Assembly (NCBI GenBank): GCA_051745755.1
Contig: JBNJEI010000006.1
Location: 1 to 64,000 of the forward strand
Direction of reading: 5' to 3'
Origin: Fibrobacterota bacterium
GTDB taxonomy: Bacteria > Fibrobacterota > Chitinivibrionia > Chitinivibrionales > Chitinivibrionaceae
DNA: 64,000 nucleotides
Positions 19,744-29,247 of this stretch are shown here, piece by piece. A model generated the notes under the pieces. That model was not told the DNA's origin, searched no databases, and saw only the letters and a program-made list of their open reading frames with translations. A program made the translations under genes and the position numbers. Every line of letters starts with the position of its first letter. Position 1 is the first letter of the stretch.

Positions 19744-19846
19744 AAATACTCCGATCCGTTCCTGATGTTGTAACCATATAAAATAACAGTTGTAATAGAA
19801 AACCGGTATTATATAATTTAAGCGTATAACCATGAGGAGCGATATT

Positions 19847-20911
19847 ATGAGAAGTACGATTGCAGCAGCTGTGTTTCTTTTGACATGCAGTGTACTGCTA
19901 TTTTCCCGGGACTACCAAATAGTTCCCGCGGACAATCTATGGAATCTTTCTGCTGAATTCTACGGTGACGGGTTTCGGTGGGAACACATCTGGGAGCATA
20001 ACCGCTATATACAGAATCCTCATCTTATTTACCCCGGGGATGTTCTGTTTCTGCCTGACATAGGACCTGTCAGGGTTGCAGACACAGTGGTATCAGGTCG
20101 GGCCAGCCAAACACCTGAACCCGATTTTTCAGAAGCTGTTGCTCCGTTATTTGATGACAATACTGAAGATTCGAATGAAAATAAACCTTCAGAACCGGTA
20201 CAAAAGGACCGGGAGCTTTCACGTTTTATTTCACCCCGGGCATTCAGCTTTATCTCCAGCTCCGGGTTTTATCAAACCCTGCCGTATATTACAAAAGATA
20301 CAGGGTATGACGGTGCGCTTCTTCTTGATCGTCGGATACTTTCGGCATCCAACAAAAATCTGCCCGTTCGGTTTGGGGCGGATAATGCTTCCCAGGGGGA
20401 GTATTACTCTGTTGTCGATCTTTCCCAAAGCTTTCAGGATGAGAATCGCGAGGAGATTACCCTGGCAAAACCCGTGGCATTAGGGTATGTAACTTCGCCG
20501 GACCGCAATGATACGGCACAGTTTCATATTGAGCGAAACTGGGATGTTATTCCTGCCGATGCCCGGCTTATCAAATTAGCGGATTATGAGTCACGGGGGT
20601 TTGAACTGGGTGAATTTCAGGATCGGGCCGATTTGGAAGCTGGTCTTGTTGCACGGGTCAGTGAAAAGCCCTTTGTGCACCCCTTTGAGTTTATGTTTAT
20701 TGACAAGGGGCGCCATCAGGGAGTCGATCCGGGAGATCTGTTTGCTCTCTCAGATGCCGATGGCGGTCCAGCAGATCAGGAGGAACCGGAAGTGTTTGCC
20801 ATGGTAGTCGCCAGTGAAGATACTACTGCAACGGTGATGATAACTAATGTTCATGAGGCATTTTCCGCTGACAGGTATCGGTTTATCCGATATGGAACAA
20901 TGAAAAAATAG
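19847..20911 (+). CDS. Secreted LysM-domain protein
   Basis: The signal peptide is MRSTIAAAVFLLTCSVLLFS. The LysM motif is DYQIVPADNLWNLSAEFYGDGFRWEHIW...GDVLFLPD. Confidence 0.6.
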   Translation: MRSTIAAAVFLLTCSVLLFSRDYQIVPADNLWNLSAEFYGDGFRWEHIWEHNRYIQNPHLIYPGDVLFLPDIGPVRVADTVVSGRASQTPEPDFSEAVAPLFDDNTEDSNENKPSEPVQKDRELSRFISPRAFSFISSSGFYQTLPYITKDTGYDGALLLDRRILSASNKNLPVRFGADNASQGEYYSVVDLSQSFQDENREEITLAKPVALGYVTSPDRNDTAQFHIERNWDVIPADARLIKLADYESRGFELGEFQDRADLEAGLVARVSEKPFVHPFEFMFIDKGRHQGVDPGDLFALSDADGGPADQEEPEVFAMVVASEDTTATVMITNVHEAFSADRYRFIRYGTMKK

Positions 20912-20921
20912 TGCGTTCACA

Positions 20922-20950
20922 TTGAATTTGCAATGTGCATGTTGTATATT
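20922..20950 (+). promoter_or_regulatory. Sigma-70-type promoter upstream of the sigma-factor gene
   Basis: TTGAAT at 20922-20927, a 17-nt spacer, then TATATT at 20945-20950. A 7-bp palindrome, CACATTG-n6-CAATGTG (20918-20937), overlaps the -35 element. Confidence 0.4.
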
Positions 20951-21078
20951 CCCACGCTCCTCTACCTTCTGCCTTAAAGCAGGGTGAGAAAATATATAAT
21001 CCACGGGTGAAACTTACGAAATGTACCGTGGCAGACGTAATATCAATTTTAAAACGAACACTAATAAAACGGATACAT

Positions 21079-21945
21079 ATGGCTAAAAGAAGTGACAAAA
21101 GTATGTTTTTTGTGGAAGAGGGAAGTCTGGGGTTATATCTTAAGGATATAGCCAAGCATGAGTCCTTAACCCAAAAAGAAGAGCAGGTCTGCGCCCGAAA
21201 GATCCGCAAGGGCGATAAAAAAGCGGTGGAAAAACTGGTTCGGGCGAATTTGCGGTTTGTTGTCAGTGTTGCACGAAATTATCAGAATCAGGGGATGCCC
21301 CTGGCTGATCTGATTAATGAGGGTAACCTCGGTCTGATTCGGGCTGCGTACCGCTTTGACGAAAAGAAGAACTTTAAATTTATTTCCTATGCTGTCTGGT
21401 GGATCCGTCAGGCGATTCTGCAGGGGCTTGCAGATCATTCCCGGATTGTTAAGGTGCCCCTGAATCGTGTTGCCACTATCCATAAGGTAGGTAAGGCCCG
21501 GGTGCGGCTGGAACAAAAATATCGGCGTCTGCCCAATGACAAGGAAATAGCCGACGAACTTGAGATCTCAGAGCGGGAAGTAACGTCCACCCTGAAGATC
21601 AGTAACCGCCATGCCTCACTGGATGCTCCCATCAAGGATGAAAACGGCGGCAGCCTCTTTGATATAATCGGCAGCGATGAAGGTGAGGATACGGATCAGC
21701 GGGCCATGGACACCTCCATAACCCGGGAAGTAAAAAAGGTTCTGGAGAGTCTTACCGAGCGTGAGCAGAATGTTGTCTGCATGTATTTCGGTATTAATGA
21801 AGACACAAACTATACCCTTGAGGAAATCGGTCAGCAGCTCCAAATAACCCGCGAGCGGGTCCGTCAGATTAAAGATGCGGCTCTTCGAAAACTGCGTCGT
21901 TCCGGTAAGGCACAGAAGTTAATTAAAAATGCACTTTTTTCGTAA
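21079..21945 (+). CDS. Sigma-70-family RNA polymerase sigma factor (RpoD/RpoS-like, 288 aa, no region 1.1)
   Basis: Region 2 reads LVRANLRFVVSVARNYQNQGMPLADLINEGNLGLIRAAYRFD...ISYAVWWIRQAI. Region 4.2 reads TLEEIGQQLQITRERVRQIKDAALRKLR. The start is MAKRSDK at 21079, and the track ORF extends upstream. Confidence 0.8.
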   Translation: MAKRSDKSMFFVEEGSLGLYLKDIAKHESLTQKEEQVCARKIRKGDKKAVEKLVRANLRFVVSVARNYQNQGMPLADLINEGNLGLIRAAYRFDEKKNFKFISYAVWWIRQAILQGLADHSRIVKVPLNRVATIHKVGKARVRLEQKYRRLPNDKEIADELEISEREVTSTLKISNRHASLDAPIKDENGGSLFDIIGSDEGEDTDQRAMDTSITREVKKVLESLTEREQNVVCMYFGINEDTNYTLEEIGQQLQITRERVRQIKDAALRKLRRSGKAQKLIKNALFS

Positions 21946-21970
21946 TTTACATTTGAGTGCGGTATATTTT

Positions 21971-22003
21971 AAGGGATCTTTGGAAACTAAGGATCCCTTT
22001 TTT
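21971..22003 (+). terminator. Rho-independent terminator after the sigma-factor gene
   Basis: An 8-bp stem, AAGGGATC...GATCCCTT, encloses a 13-nt loop and is followed by TTTT. Confidence 0.55.
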
Positions 22004-22017
22004 AATGGAGTGATGTA

Positions 22018-22605
22018 ATGCGAAATTTTATCTGCCTTCTGCTTTCTTTGTGGGCAATTGCGTGCAGCTCGTCTCCATCAGAAGAACACGACCGGGCTGA
22101 AATCACGGATTCTCTTTTTTTTGTGTATGATACAGAGGTGCCCGAGCTGTATGAATATTACTTCGATGATACGGTACTTGCCCTTTCGGAAGAAGATGCC
22201 TGGAATATGTACCGGAAACTTCGGGCTGAGGCTATTGCCGCAGAGGAATCCGGTGATGTGCCGGCCGCTCTTTTCAACCGGCTTCGGGCAGCGGAAGTAC
22301 AGGTGCATCTCCAGCGTCCCGGCATCGCTTCCTGGCAGTTTAATAATGCGGGGAATCTTATGATGACCCTTATCTCCAAAATCCAACAGTGTGATACTGC
22401 GTCCACGGACACCGCCGGTTCAACCCATCGGGATATTCAATCCATTGCCCGGTATATTGGTACAGAGACACACCATCTGTACCAGTGGGCTTTTCTGTTT
22501 TTTACGACTGCCTACGATTTTAATGCTGATAATCCCGACGCGCAGCGGGAGCGTATTATCAAAGGCAATATTGCCCATGTGAAACAACAATTGCAAACCC
22601 CGTGA
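22018..22605 (+). CDS. Hypothetical lipoprotein
   Basis: It starts MRNFICLLLSLWAIACSSS, with a lipobox, and has no recognised domain. Confidence 0.45.
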   Translation: MRNFICLLLSLWAIACSSSPSEEHDRAEITDSLFFVYDTEVPELYEYYFDDTVLALSEEDAWNMYRKLRAEAIAAEESGDVPAALFNRLRAAEVQVHLQRPGIASWQFNNAGNLMMTLISKIQQCDTASTDTAGSTHRDIQSIARYIGTETHHLYQWAFLFFTTAYDFNADNPDAQRERIIKGNIAHVKQQLQTP

Positions 22606-22612
22606 GGATTTT

Positions 22613-23212
22613 ATGAAACTCTTTGTCAATATTCTTACCATAGCCCGGCTTCCCCTGATACTTGGAGCTGTTATACTTAATCTCCTGTGTGATGTGCGGG
22701 GATCAGTTTCGCTTTTTCTCCTGAGTGCATCGGTTTTGGTTTTGTGTGGAGTAACAGACTATCTGGATGGTTATTTTGCCAGAAAATATCATGTTGAATC
22801 AAATTTCGGCGCCCATGCAGACCCCATGATGGATAAGCTTTTTTTTGCCGGCATTCTGCCTCTGCTTATCTTCCTTACGGCGACCCAGGGCCATGATACC
22901 CATGCCCTTGTATTGACACTTGTAACCATCAGTTTTGTCTTTCGTGATCAGCTGGTGACCTTTCTCCGCATGATTGGTGAAAAGCATAATATTTCAGGCC
23001 GGGCTTCACTGTGGGGTAAGCTGCGAACGGCAACGGCATTTCCGGCACTGCTTATTATTTATTACAGCGTAATGGTTCCTCCGGAATTGGCGCCCCCTGT
23101 TCCGCTTATGTGGCTGTATTTCATTGAAATATATTTAATTGCCATAACTGTGGTAACCCTTGTGCTGTATCTGAAACGGTATATGCCGGCCATACAGAAA
23201 GAATTGGCCTGA
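22613..23212 (+). CDS. CDP-alcohol phosphatidyltransferase family protein (PgsA-like)
   Basis: It has the DYLDGYFAR(K) part of the D-G-x2-A-R-x8-G-x3-D motif and about 5-6 TM helices. Confidence 0.7.
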   Translation: MKLFVNILTIARLPLILGAVILNLLCDVRGSVSLFLLSASVLVLCGVTDYLDGYFARKYHVESNFGAHADPMMDKLFFAGILPLLIFLTATQGHDTHALVLTLVTISFVFRDQLVTFLRMIGEKHNISGRASLWGKLRTATAFPALLIIYYSVMVPPELAPPVPLMWLYFIEIYLIAITVVTLVLYLKRYMPAIQKELA

Positions 23213-23214
23213 TT

Positions 23215-24003
23215 GTGGATATTATCGCCTCCACACGGGTGTTTCTCATTGATCTTGATGGAACACTCTACCTTTCCGGTGCTCTGTTGCCCGGAGCACG
23301 TGAATTTATGGATCGTGTACAGGAATCAGGCCGGCGTTTTTTCTATCTTACGAACAATTCATCCCAATCAAAAAAAGAGTATGAAGTAAAACTGAAGAAT
23401 TTCGGACTACCGGTGTATGAGGACTCCGTTATAACCTCCGGGATGTCGGCAGGACGCTATCTGGAAAGGCATTTTCCCGGAAAAAGGATCTATGTTTCGG
23501 GAACCGCTGCCCTGGTTGATGAGCTTTCTGCCTACAATATACAGGTATGTACCCAATGTTCTCACGATGCAGATGCGGTGCTTCTTGGCTTTGACAGAGA
23601 ACTAACCTACGATAAGCTCACCCATGTGTGTGATCTTGTCGCCCGGAATCGCCCGTTTTTTGCGACAAACGAGGATCTTGTCTGCCCCCTGGAGAACAAT
23701 AGATTTATTCCCGACTGCGGTTCCATGGTACAGCTTATTACCGCTGCAACGCAAGTGTATCCCGTTTTTCTTGGAAAACCCCGTACGGCAATTCTTGATG
23801 TGGTTTTTTCTGCCGTATCCTGCAAAAGTACTGAAATAACACTTATCGGTGATCGTTTATACACTGACATTGCCCTGGCTGAGAATGGAGGGCTCCGCTC
23901 AATACTGGTACTTACCGGAGAGACATCCCGTTACACGGGCAATGAAACACATGTTCCGCATTCCGTTGTTTCAGATTTGCGCAGTATCACTCCCTTTCTA
24001 TAA
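23215..24003 (+). CDS. HAD-IIA family hydrolase (NagD-like sugar-phosphate phosphatase)
   Basis: The N-terminus LIDLDGTLY is HAD motif I. YLTNNSS, GDRLYTD and a distal D are also present. Confidence 0.7.
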   Translation: MDIIASTRVFLIDLDGTLYLSGALLPGAREFMDRVQESGRRFFYLTNNSSQSKKEYEVKLKNFGLPVYEDSVITSGMSAGRYLERHFPGKRIYVSGTAALVDELSAYNIQVCTQCSHDADAVLLGFDRELTYDKLTHVCDLVARNRPFFATNEDLVCPLENNRFIPDCGSMVQLITAATQVYPVFLGKPRTAILDVVFSAVSCKSTEITLIGDRLYTDIALAENGGLRSILVLTGETSRYTGNETHVPHSVVSDLRSITPFL

Positions 24004-24100
24004 TTTCTTTTGCGATTAAATTCAGATAGGTCTTTACAGACTATCAGTGCACAGTGTATTTCTTCTAGAGACCGTACATATACTCATAAAGGAGTTTTCT

Positions 24101-24448
24101 ATGGCACATGAAGGATTTCATGAAGAGAATCTTCCCGAAGAGGTTCGGGATTATCATCGGATGATTCAAAGTGTAATTGAGGAATTGGAGGCTGTGGATT
24201 GGTATAATCAGCGCGCTGCGGCAACCTCAGATGCACAGGTTAAGGCCATTGTGGAGCATAACCGCGATGAAGAAATTGAACATGCCTGCATGGGTCTTGA
24301 ATGGCTGCGTCGGGCGGCCCCTGCCTGGGATGAGAATCTCAGAACCTTTCTCTTTACCGCAGGGGATATTACCGCCGTAGAGGAAGGCTCAGAAAATGAA
24401 GAAGATGTTTCAACACAGGACCAGTCCCTTGGAATAAAGGGGCAGTAA
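24101..24448 (+). CDS. Encapsulated ferritin-like protein (EncFtn-type cargo) with a C-terminal encapsulin targeting-peptide-like tail
   Basis: 115 aa. The RBS AAGGAG sits 8 nt upstream. The protein carries a ferritin-like Glu/His diiron set (EELEAVDWY, DEEIEH, EWL). It has an acidic flexible linker and a C-terminal ...QSLGIKGQ tail resembling family-1 encapsulin targeting peptides. Confidence 0.65.
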   Translation: MAHEGFHEENLPEEVRDYHRMIQSVIEELEAVDWYNQRAAATSDAQVKAIVEHNRDEEIEHACMGLEWLRRAAPAWDENLRTFLFTAGDITAVEEGSENEEDVSTQDQSLGIKGQ

Positions 24449-24461
24449 CAGGAGGTTTTTT

Positions 24462-25256
24462 ATGTCACAGCTAAACAGAAATCTGGCACCATTTAATGAA
24501 AATATCTGGAATATTATTGATGATGAGATTCGGACTCGTCTGACAAATCGCTTAAAACTTCGCAGGATACTCGATTTTAAAGGGCCCTATGGATTTGATT
24601 ATTCCGCGGTCAATACGGGGAAGCATGTTCTCCTTGAGGGAAACACATCTGATGTTACCTATTCTCTCAGAAAAGTTCTGCCCCTTGTTGAGATAGAGAC
24701 TTCCTTCACCGTGGACCGAAAGGAAGTATCCGCCCTGGAACGGGGGGCTGTTGACCTGGAATCAGAATCGCTTCCTGAGGCAGTGGAGCGCTTTGCAGCA
24801 GCAGAGAATTCGGCAATATTACACGGCATACAGGGTGCGGACTTTCAGGGTCTTATGGATTCATCTGAAAATGATGTGATCAGTGTGGATAAGGATGATC
24901 TGGTTGTGTCCAGCGCTATGGCTGTCCGTGCCCTCAATGATCAGGATGTGGAAGGACCGTATGCTCTTTTTGTGGGGCCGGATCTCTACTCATACATCTA
25001 TACTGCTGACGACAAGGGGTACCCCATAAAAAAACGTCTGGAGGAAATACTTAACGGCCCGGTTCAGGTGCTTTCCGACCTGGCAGATGAAGGCTTTTTG
25101 TCAAGCAGTCGGGGAGGGGATTTTGAATTTATCTCCGGTGAGGATGTTTCCGTGGGATACAGCCATACCGACGCTGATAAGATTCACCTCTTTATCCGCG
25201 AGAGTTTTACCGTGAGGGTTCATTCTCCTGAAGCGGTTATTGCCCTGAAGGCGTAA
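24462..25256 (+). CDS. Family-1 encapsulin nanocompartment shell protein (HK97-fold, linocin-M18-like)
   Basis: 264 aa. It begins MSQLNRNLAPFNENIWNIIDDEIRTRLTNRLKLRRILDFKGPYGFDYSAV.... The sequence pattern and length are those of family-1 shells, and it lies immediately downstream of the cargo gene. Confidence 0.8.
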   Translation: MSQLNRNLAPFNENIWNIIDDEIRTRLTNRLKLRRILDFKGPYGFDYSAVNTGKHVLLEGNTSDVTYSLRKVLPLVEIETSFTVDRKEVSALERGAVDLESESLPEAVERFAAAENSAILHGIQGADFQGLMDSSENDVISVDKDDLVVSSAMAVRALNDQDVEGPYALFVGPDLYSYIYTADDKGYPIKKRLEEILNGPVQVLSDLADEGFLSSSRGGDFEFISGEDVSVGYSHTDADKIHLFIRESFTVRVHSPEAVIALKA

Positions 25257-25273
25257 TGTCTTTTAGCATGACA

Positions 25274-25296
25274 GAAAGACCCCGCTGGGGTCTTTC
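25274..25296. terminator. GC-rich hairpin shared by the convergent encapsulin (+) and rnfB (-) 3' ends
   Basis: The stem is GAAAGACCCC-GCT-GGGGTCTTTC, a 10-bp stem. The plus-strand downstream sequence is U-rich (CTGTTATGTGTTT). Confidence 0.5.
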
Positions 25297-25299
25297 CTG

Positions 25300-26298
25300 T
25301 TATGTGTTTCGGGTAATACCGACGCTTCCCCAGATAGCAATGGCATCAACGGGGCACACCTTAATGCACCGGCCGCATCCAATACAGCGGGATTTATTTA
25401 CACGATGCCGTTCTTCCGGCTCCCCTTCAATTGCACCTTTTACAGGGCATGCCTCTATACATTTACCGCATCCGATGCATTTTGTATTTATATTTGCCTT
25501 TGGCCGCCCTTTGAGATGATCAGAAAAACAATTTGAAGGGCATTTATAGGCAGAGGTAAGGAAGTTTTCCTCAGAATTGTAATCCAGAACGGGAAGATTA
25601 TCCTTCATATATATTGCTCCCTCCACCTCAGCGGCTTTTACGCAGAGGGTACAGGCGGTGCATCCCACGGAGCAGTATTTTTTGACCTTCGCTCCCCGGT
25701 CGTGATTATTGCAGGCGATAAATATGTTTCTGCTTCGGGGCATCATCTCAATAATATTTCGCGGACAGGCGGGAACACAGGCTTTGCACCCCGTGCATTT
25801 TTCAGGATCCACCTTGGCTATGCCGTTATCTGTAATGGTAATGGCATCGTAATTACAGGCTTTGACACAGGATCCCAGGCCAAAACAACCGTAGAGGCAT
25901 TCCTTTGAGCCCCGGGATACAAGCTCGGCGGCATTGCAATCGGTCAGTCCGTCGTACTGAGCCCGTTCACGAGCCTCTTTGCGCCCGCCCTTGCACTTGA
26001 CAATGGCCGTATACTCCTCAATCTCTCCGGCATCAACTCCCATTATTTCTGCCACTTTGTCTGCCGTGGCACTGCCGCCGGCAATACATCCGCTTACGGA
26101 AGCTTCGCCGCGCACCACGGCTGCGGCAAATTGAGCGCAGCCGGGGTATCCGCAGGCACCGCAGTTTGTCTGGGGCAAAACACCTTCCACTTTCTGTACC
26201 TGGGGATTACCTGATACCTTGAATTTCTTCGCACTGATACTGAGGATAACGCCGAAAAATAATCCTGTTCCTGTGAGAATAAGTATGGGTACTACCAC
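25300..26298 (-). CDS. rnfB: Rnf complex subunit B (polyferredoxin-type RnfB, 332 aa)
   Basis: It has an N-terminal TM helix, then multiple Cys clusters (CGACGYPGC, CxxCxxCxxxCP repeated about 4 times). It is the last gene of the rnfCDGEAB array. Confidence 0.8.
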   Translation of the reverse strand: MVVPILILTGTGLFFGVILSISAKKFKVSGNPQVQKVEGVLPQTNCGACGYPGCAQFAAAVVRGEASVSGCIAGGSATADKVAEIMGVDAGEIEEYTAIVKCKGGRKEARERAQYDGLTDCNAAELVSRGSKECLYGCFGLGSCVKACNYDAITITDNGIAKVDPEKCTGCKACVPACPRNIIEMMPRSRNIFIACNNHDRGAKVKKYCSVGCTACTLCVKAAEVEGAIYMKDNLPVLDYNSEENFLTSAYKCPSNCFSDHLKGRPKANINTKCIGCGKCIEACPVKGAIEGEPEERHRVNKSRCIGCGRCIKVCPVDAIAIWGSVGITRNT

Positions 26299-26313
26299 AA
26301 TTACGGTCCTTTG

Positions 26314-26940
26314 TTAAAAACGCATTCCGGAAAAACCAAGAAATGCAATGGAAATGAGTCCGGCGGAAATAAATGCTATGGGCAGTCCTTCAAGTGGTTT
26401 GGGTATATCCGCCAGTTCAAGTTTTTCACGTATCCCTGCCATTAAAACAAGGGCAAGGGTAAAACCCACACCGGACATCACGGCATTGATCAGGGCCTCA
26501 ATAAAGGTAAACGGATCTCCGCCTGCGGTGAAAGTATTGGGGCCGATATTCAGAATGGTCACACCGAGGATTGCGCAATTTGTTGTTATCAGAGGAAGAA
26601 AGACCCCGAGGGATTCATACAGTATTGGCGAGTGTTTTTTGAGGGCCATTTCCACAAGCTGGACAATTGACGCAATTACCAGTATAAAAACAATTGTCTG
26701 CAAGTAGGCTGTATCCGTTTTTACGAGGATGAATTTCTGGATGGGCCAGGTAAACATGGTCGCAATTGTCATTACAAATATCACCGCCATGCCCATGCCC
26801 GTGGCAGTGGACAGTTTTTTTGAGACCCCCATAAAGGGACACAGACCGAGAAATTTTGTAAGGACGAAATTCTCTATAAAGATTGCTCCTACGGAGATCT
26901 GGAGGATTCGAATAAACATATCTGCCAGGTTAATTTCCAT
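26314..26940 (-). CDS. rnfA: Rnf complex subunit A
   Basis: 208 aa, a 6-TM NqrE/RnfA-family protein: ...FVLTKFLGLCPFMGVS.... Confidence 0.85.
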   Translation of the reverse strand: MEINLADMFIRILQISVGAIFIENFVLTKFLGLCPFMGVSKKLSTATGMGMAVIFVMTIATMFTWPIQKFILVKTDTAYLQTIVFILVIASIVQLVEMALKKHSPILYESLGVFLPLITTNCAILGVTILNIGPNTFTAGGDPFTFIEALINAVMSGVGFTLALVLMAGIREKLELADIPKPLEGLPIAFISAGLISIAFLGFSGMRF

Positions 26941-27544
26941 GGGGATTGCCTTCCTTTCTGATATGAATGAAATTTATCAGGGCAATAACAAAGCCGATAG
27001 TGAGAAACCCACCTGGAGGGAGTGTGAACAGGGATATGGGCGCAATGCCCGGAATGACGGTGAGTCCGAAAAAAGAATTTGATCCAAGGATTTCGCGGAG
27101 GGCGCTGAGAATAAAGAGGCTTACCGTGAAGCCGGCTCCCATGGCAAAGCCGTCTATGATGGAATCTGCCAGGCTGTTTTTTGAGGCAAAAGCCTCAGCG
27201 CGGCCCAAAATAAGGCAGTTTACCACGATAAGGGGAATAAATATCCCGAGGGTGTCGTTTAATGCGGGAAAATACGCCTGCATCACAAGCTGAACAATGG
27301 TTACAAAGGTAGCGATAATAATAATAAAGCAGGGTATGCGTACCTCGTGGGGTATAATTTGCTTTATGAGGGATACAATGGTATTTGAAGACACAAGGAC
27401 AAAGGTGGTTGCTGCACCCATCCCCAGTCCGTTTTCAACTGATGTGGAAACCCCCAGGGCCGGGCAGAGACCCAGAGCCAGAACAAAGATGGGGTTTTCA
27501 TGTATTATGCCGCGGCGGAGGGCTTTTTTTATTTTTTCCATCAT
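26930..27544 (-). CDS. rnfE: Rnf complex subunit E
   Basis: 204 aa, an NqrD/RnfE-family protein: ...NPIFVLALGLCPALGVSTS.... Confidence 0.85.
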   Translation of the reverse strand: MMEKIKKALRRGIIHENPIFVLALGLCPALGVSTSVENGLGMGAATTFVLVSSNTIVSLIKQIIPHEVRIPCFIIIIATFVTIVQLVMQAYFPALNDTLGIFIPLIVVNCLILGRAEAFASKNSLADSIIDGFAMGAGFTVSLFILSALREILGSNSFFGLTVIPGIAPISLFTLPPGGFLTIGFVIALINFIHIRKEGNPHGN

Positions 27545-28227
27545 CGGCCGGTTCCTTTATTGCGCAAAATCCTGAGCATTTCAGACACATCCTCTTCCAG
27601 GGAACTTACCACTGCTTTTGTGGTTATGGTAGCCCCCGTAATGGCGGTTATGGTATTCTCAGCGTGAAGCTCCTGCTGCTTTTCTGCAGAAAGGCTGTAC
27701 CACTCACCTTCGTTTTTTTCTATGGGTATTTCATCCTGCACTGAGATTGATTCAAACTGATGGGGAAACCACGGACGCGATGCATGTTCATCTTCAGAGG
27801 GAGTTCGCCGGAGAAGGACATCCCAGATGGTTCGTTCTGAGGGGGTTTCCTCCATACGGGCTCCCAGGCCGGGGGTTTCCTCCTGGGAAAGAATTGACAG
27901 ACCCAGAATGGTCCCGGCAGGAGAGATGCCGGCAAGATATTCGATAGGTCCCGCATAGCCCCGGGGGGACTTTACACGAAACGCATAGGCCGTAACCGTA
28001 TCTGCAGAAAGAGCTGTCCAGCAGGTATGGGGACTTTCCTCATACAAAAAGGTATCTTTCACAAGGCTGTCATGGTCGGGGAGTACTTCCCGGAGTGCCC
28101 GGGCTTCTTTTTCGCGTTTTTGTTTCTCCCGTACGGGGCTGGTTTTGTTATTCACGGAGGACACAGCAAGGGCTGAGATAAGGGCTATTATGCTTAAGGT
28201 CATTGTCATGCGCAGGGTGGGATTCAT
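27541..28227 (-). CDS. rnfG: Rnf complex subunit G (FMN-binding)
   Basis: 228 aa. It has an N-terminal TM anchor and an FMN-binding region with a conserved S/T-G-A-T (ITGATITTKAV). Confidence 0.75.
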   Translation of the reverse strand: MNPTLRMTMTLSIIALISALAVSSVNNKTSPVREKQKREKEARALREVLPDHDSLVKDTFLYEESPHTCWTALSADTVTAYAFRVKSPRGYAGPIEYLAGISPAGTILGLSILSQEETPGLGARMEETPSERTIWDVLLRRTPSEDEHASRPWFPHQFESISVQDEIPIEKNEGEWYSLSAEKQQELHAENTITAITGATITTKAVVSSLEEDVSEMLRILRNKGTGR

Positions 28228-29243
28228 GCTGCCTCCCTGTGGCCGTAGACTTTGGGTTTGATGTAGCGGTCAATAAGGGGCACGGAAATATTCATGAGCA
28301 ACACTGCATAGGTGACCCCTTCGGGATAGCCGCCGAATGTGCGGATGATGAAGGTGAGGATACCGCATCCGACGGCAAAGATCGCCTGACCCTTTGCACT
28401 GATGGGGGAGGTGACCATATCAGTGGCCATAAAAAATGCCACCATAAGCAATCCTCCTGCAAGAATCTGGTACAGGGAGTAATGAATGCTGAGAATGGAA
28501 AAGGCTGAAGCGGGGGTGCTGAAGTGGATGGTTATGAAATTGAGAAGAAATACGGTGCCGATAAAAATCAAAGGAATACGTACGGAAATAACCCGTCGTA
28601 CAATCATATAGATCGCACCTATGAGTATGGCCAGGGCGGAAACCTCTCCCATTGAACCGGGGATGTTTCCCCAGAAAAGAGCGGCGATACCGCTTCGCAG
28701 TCCTTCCGTATCAAAGTTTTCCATACCCATCAGCGGAGTGGCGCCGCTCAGAGCATCGAGCTGTGTTGCAGGGATTTTACCCAAAAGCCCCGTTTCAAGA
28801 TACGCGGCTCCCGTGGTGTATGCGGGGTAGCTTGCGACCAGAAATGCGCGCCCTGCAAGGGCGGGATTGACGATATTGTTGCCCAGTCCGCCAAAGGAAA
28901 ATTTGACCACACCGATGGCAAACATATTGCCAAGGATCACAAGCCAGACCGGTGTGCTTACGGGGAGGCTCAGTGTGAGGAGAATTGATGTTATGGCGGC
29001 GCTGTAATCCTCAAGAGTACCCAGGGGGGCAGTTGATTTCAGAAGTTTTTTCGATATGATGTATTCCGTGGCAAAGGCGGCAACAAGTCCGGCGGAAAGA
29101 AGAAAAAGGGTGCGTAACCCAAAAAAAAGAGTTGCGGCAATAATTACGGGCACCAAGGCGATAACCACGTCTTTCATTATTCGGGGTACATCCCTGGTGT
29201 GCCGAATATGGGGAGAAGAAGAAATATGCAGCCTGTTTTCCAT
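28224..29243 (-). CDS. rnfD: Rnf complex subunit D
   Basis: 339 aa, a polytopic NqrB/RnfD-family protein: ...LDALSGATPL.... Confidence 0.85.
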   Translation of the reverse strand: MENRLHISSSPHIRHTRDVPRIMKDVVIALVPVIIAATLFFGLRTLFLLSAGLVAAFATEYIISKKLLKSTAPLGTLEDYSAAITSILLTLSLPVSTPVWLVILGNMFAIGVVKFSFGGLGNNIVNPALAGRAFLVASYPAYTTGAAYLETGLLGKIPATQLDALSGATPLMGMENFDTEGLRSGIAALFWGNIPGSMGEVSALAILIGAIYMIVRRVISVRIPLIFIGTVFLLNFITIHFSTPASAFSILSIHYSLYQILAGGLLMVAFFMATDMVTSPISAKGQAIFAVGCGILTFIIRTFGGYPEGVTYAVLLMNISVPLIDRYIKPKVYGHREAA

Positions 29244-29247
29244 GTTG

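Noticed and set aside
25256-25519. ORF 25256-25519 (+) 87 aa
   Set aside because: It lies antisense within the Cys-rich rnfB coding region. Its amino-acid content mirrors rnfB codons, so it is spurious.
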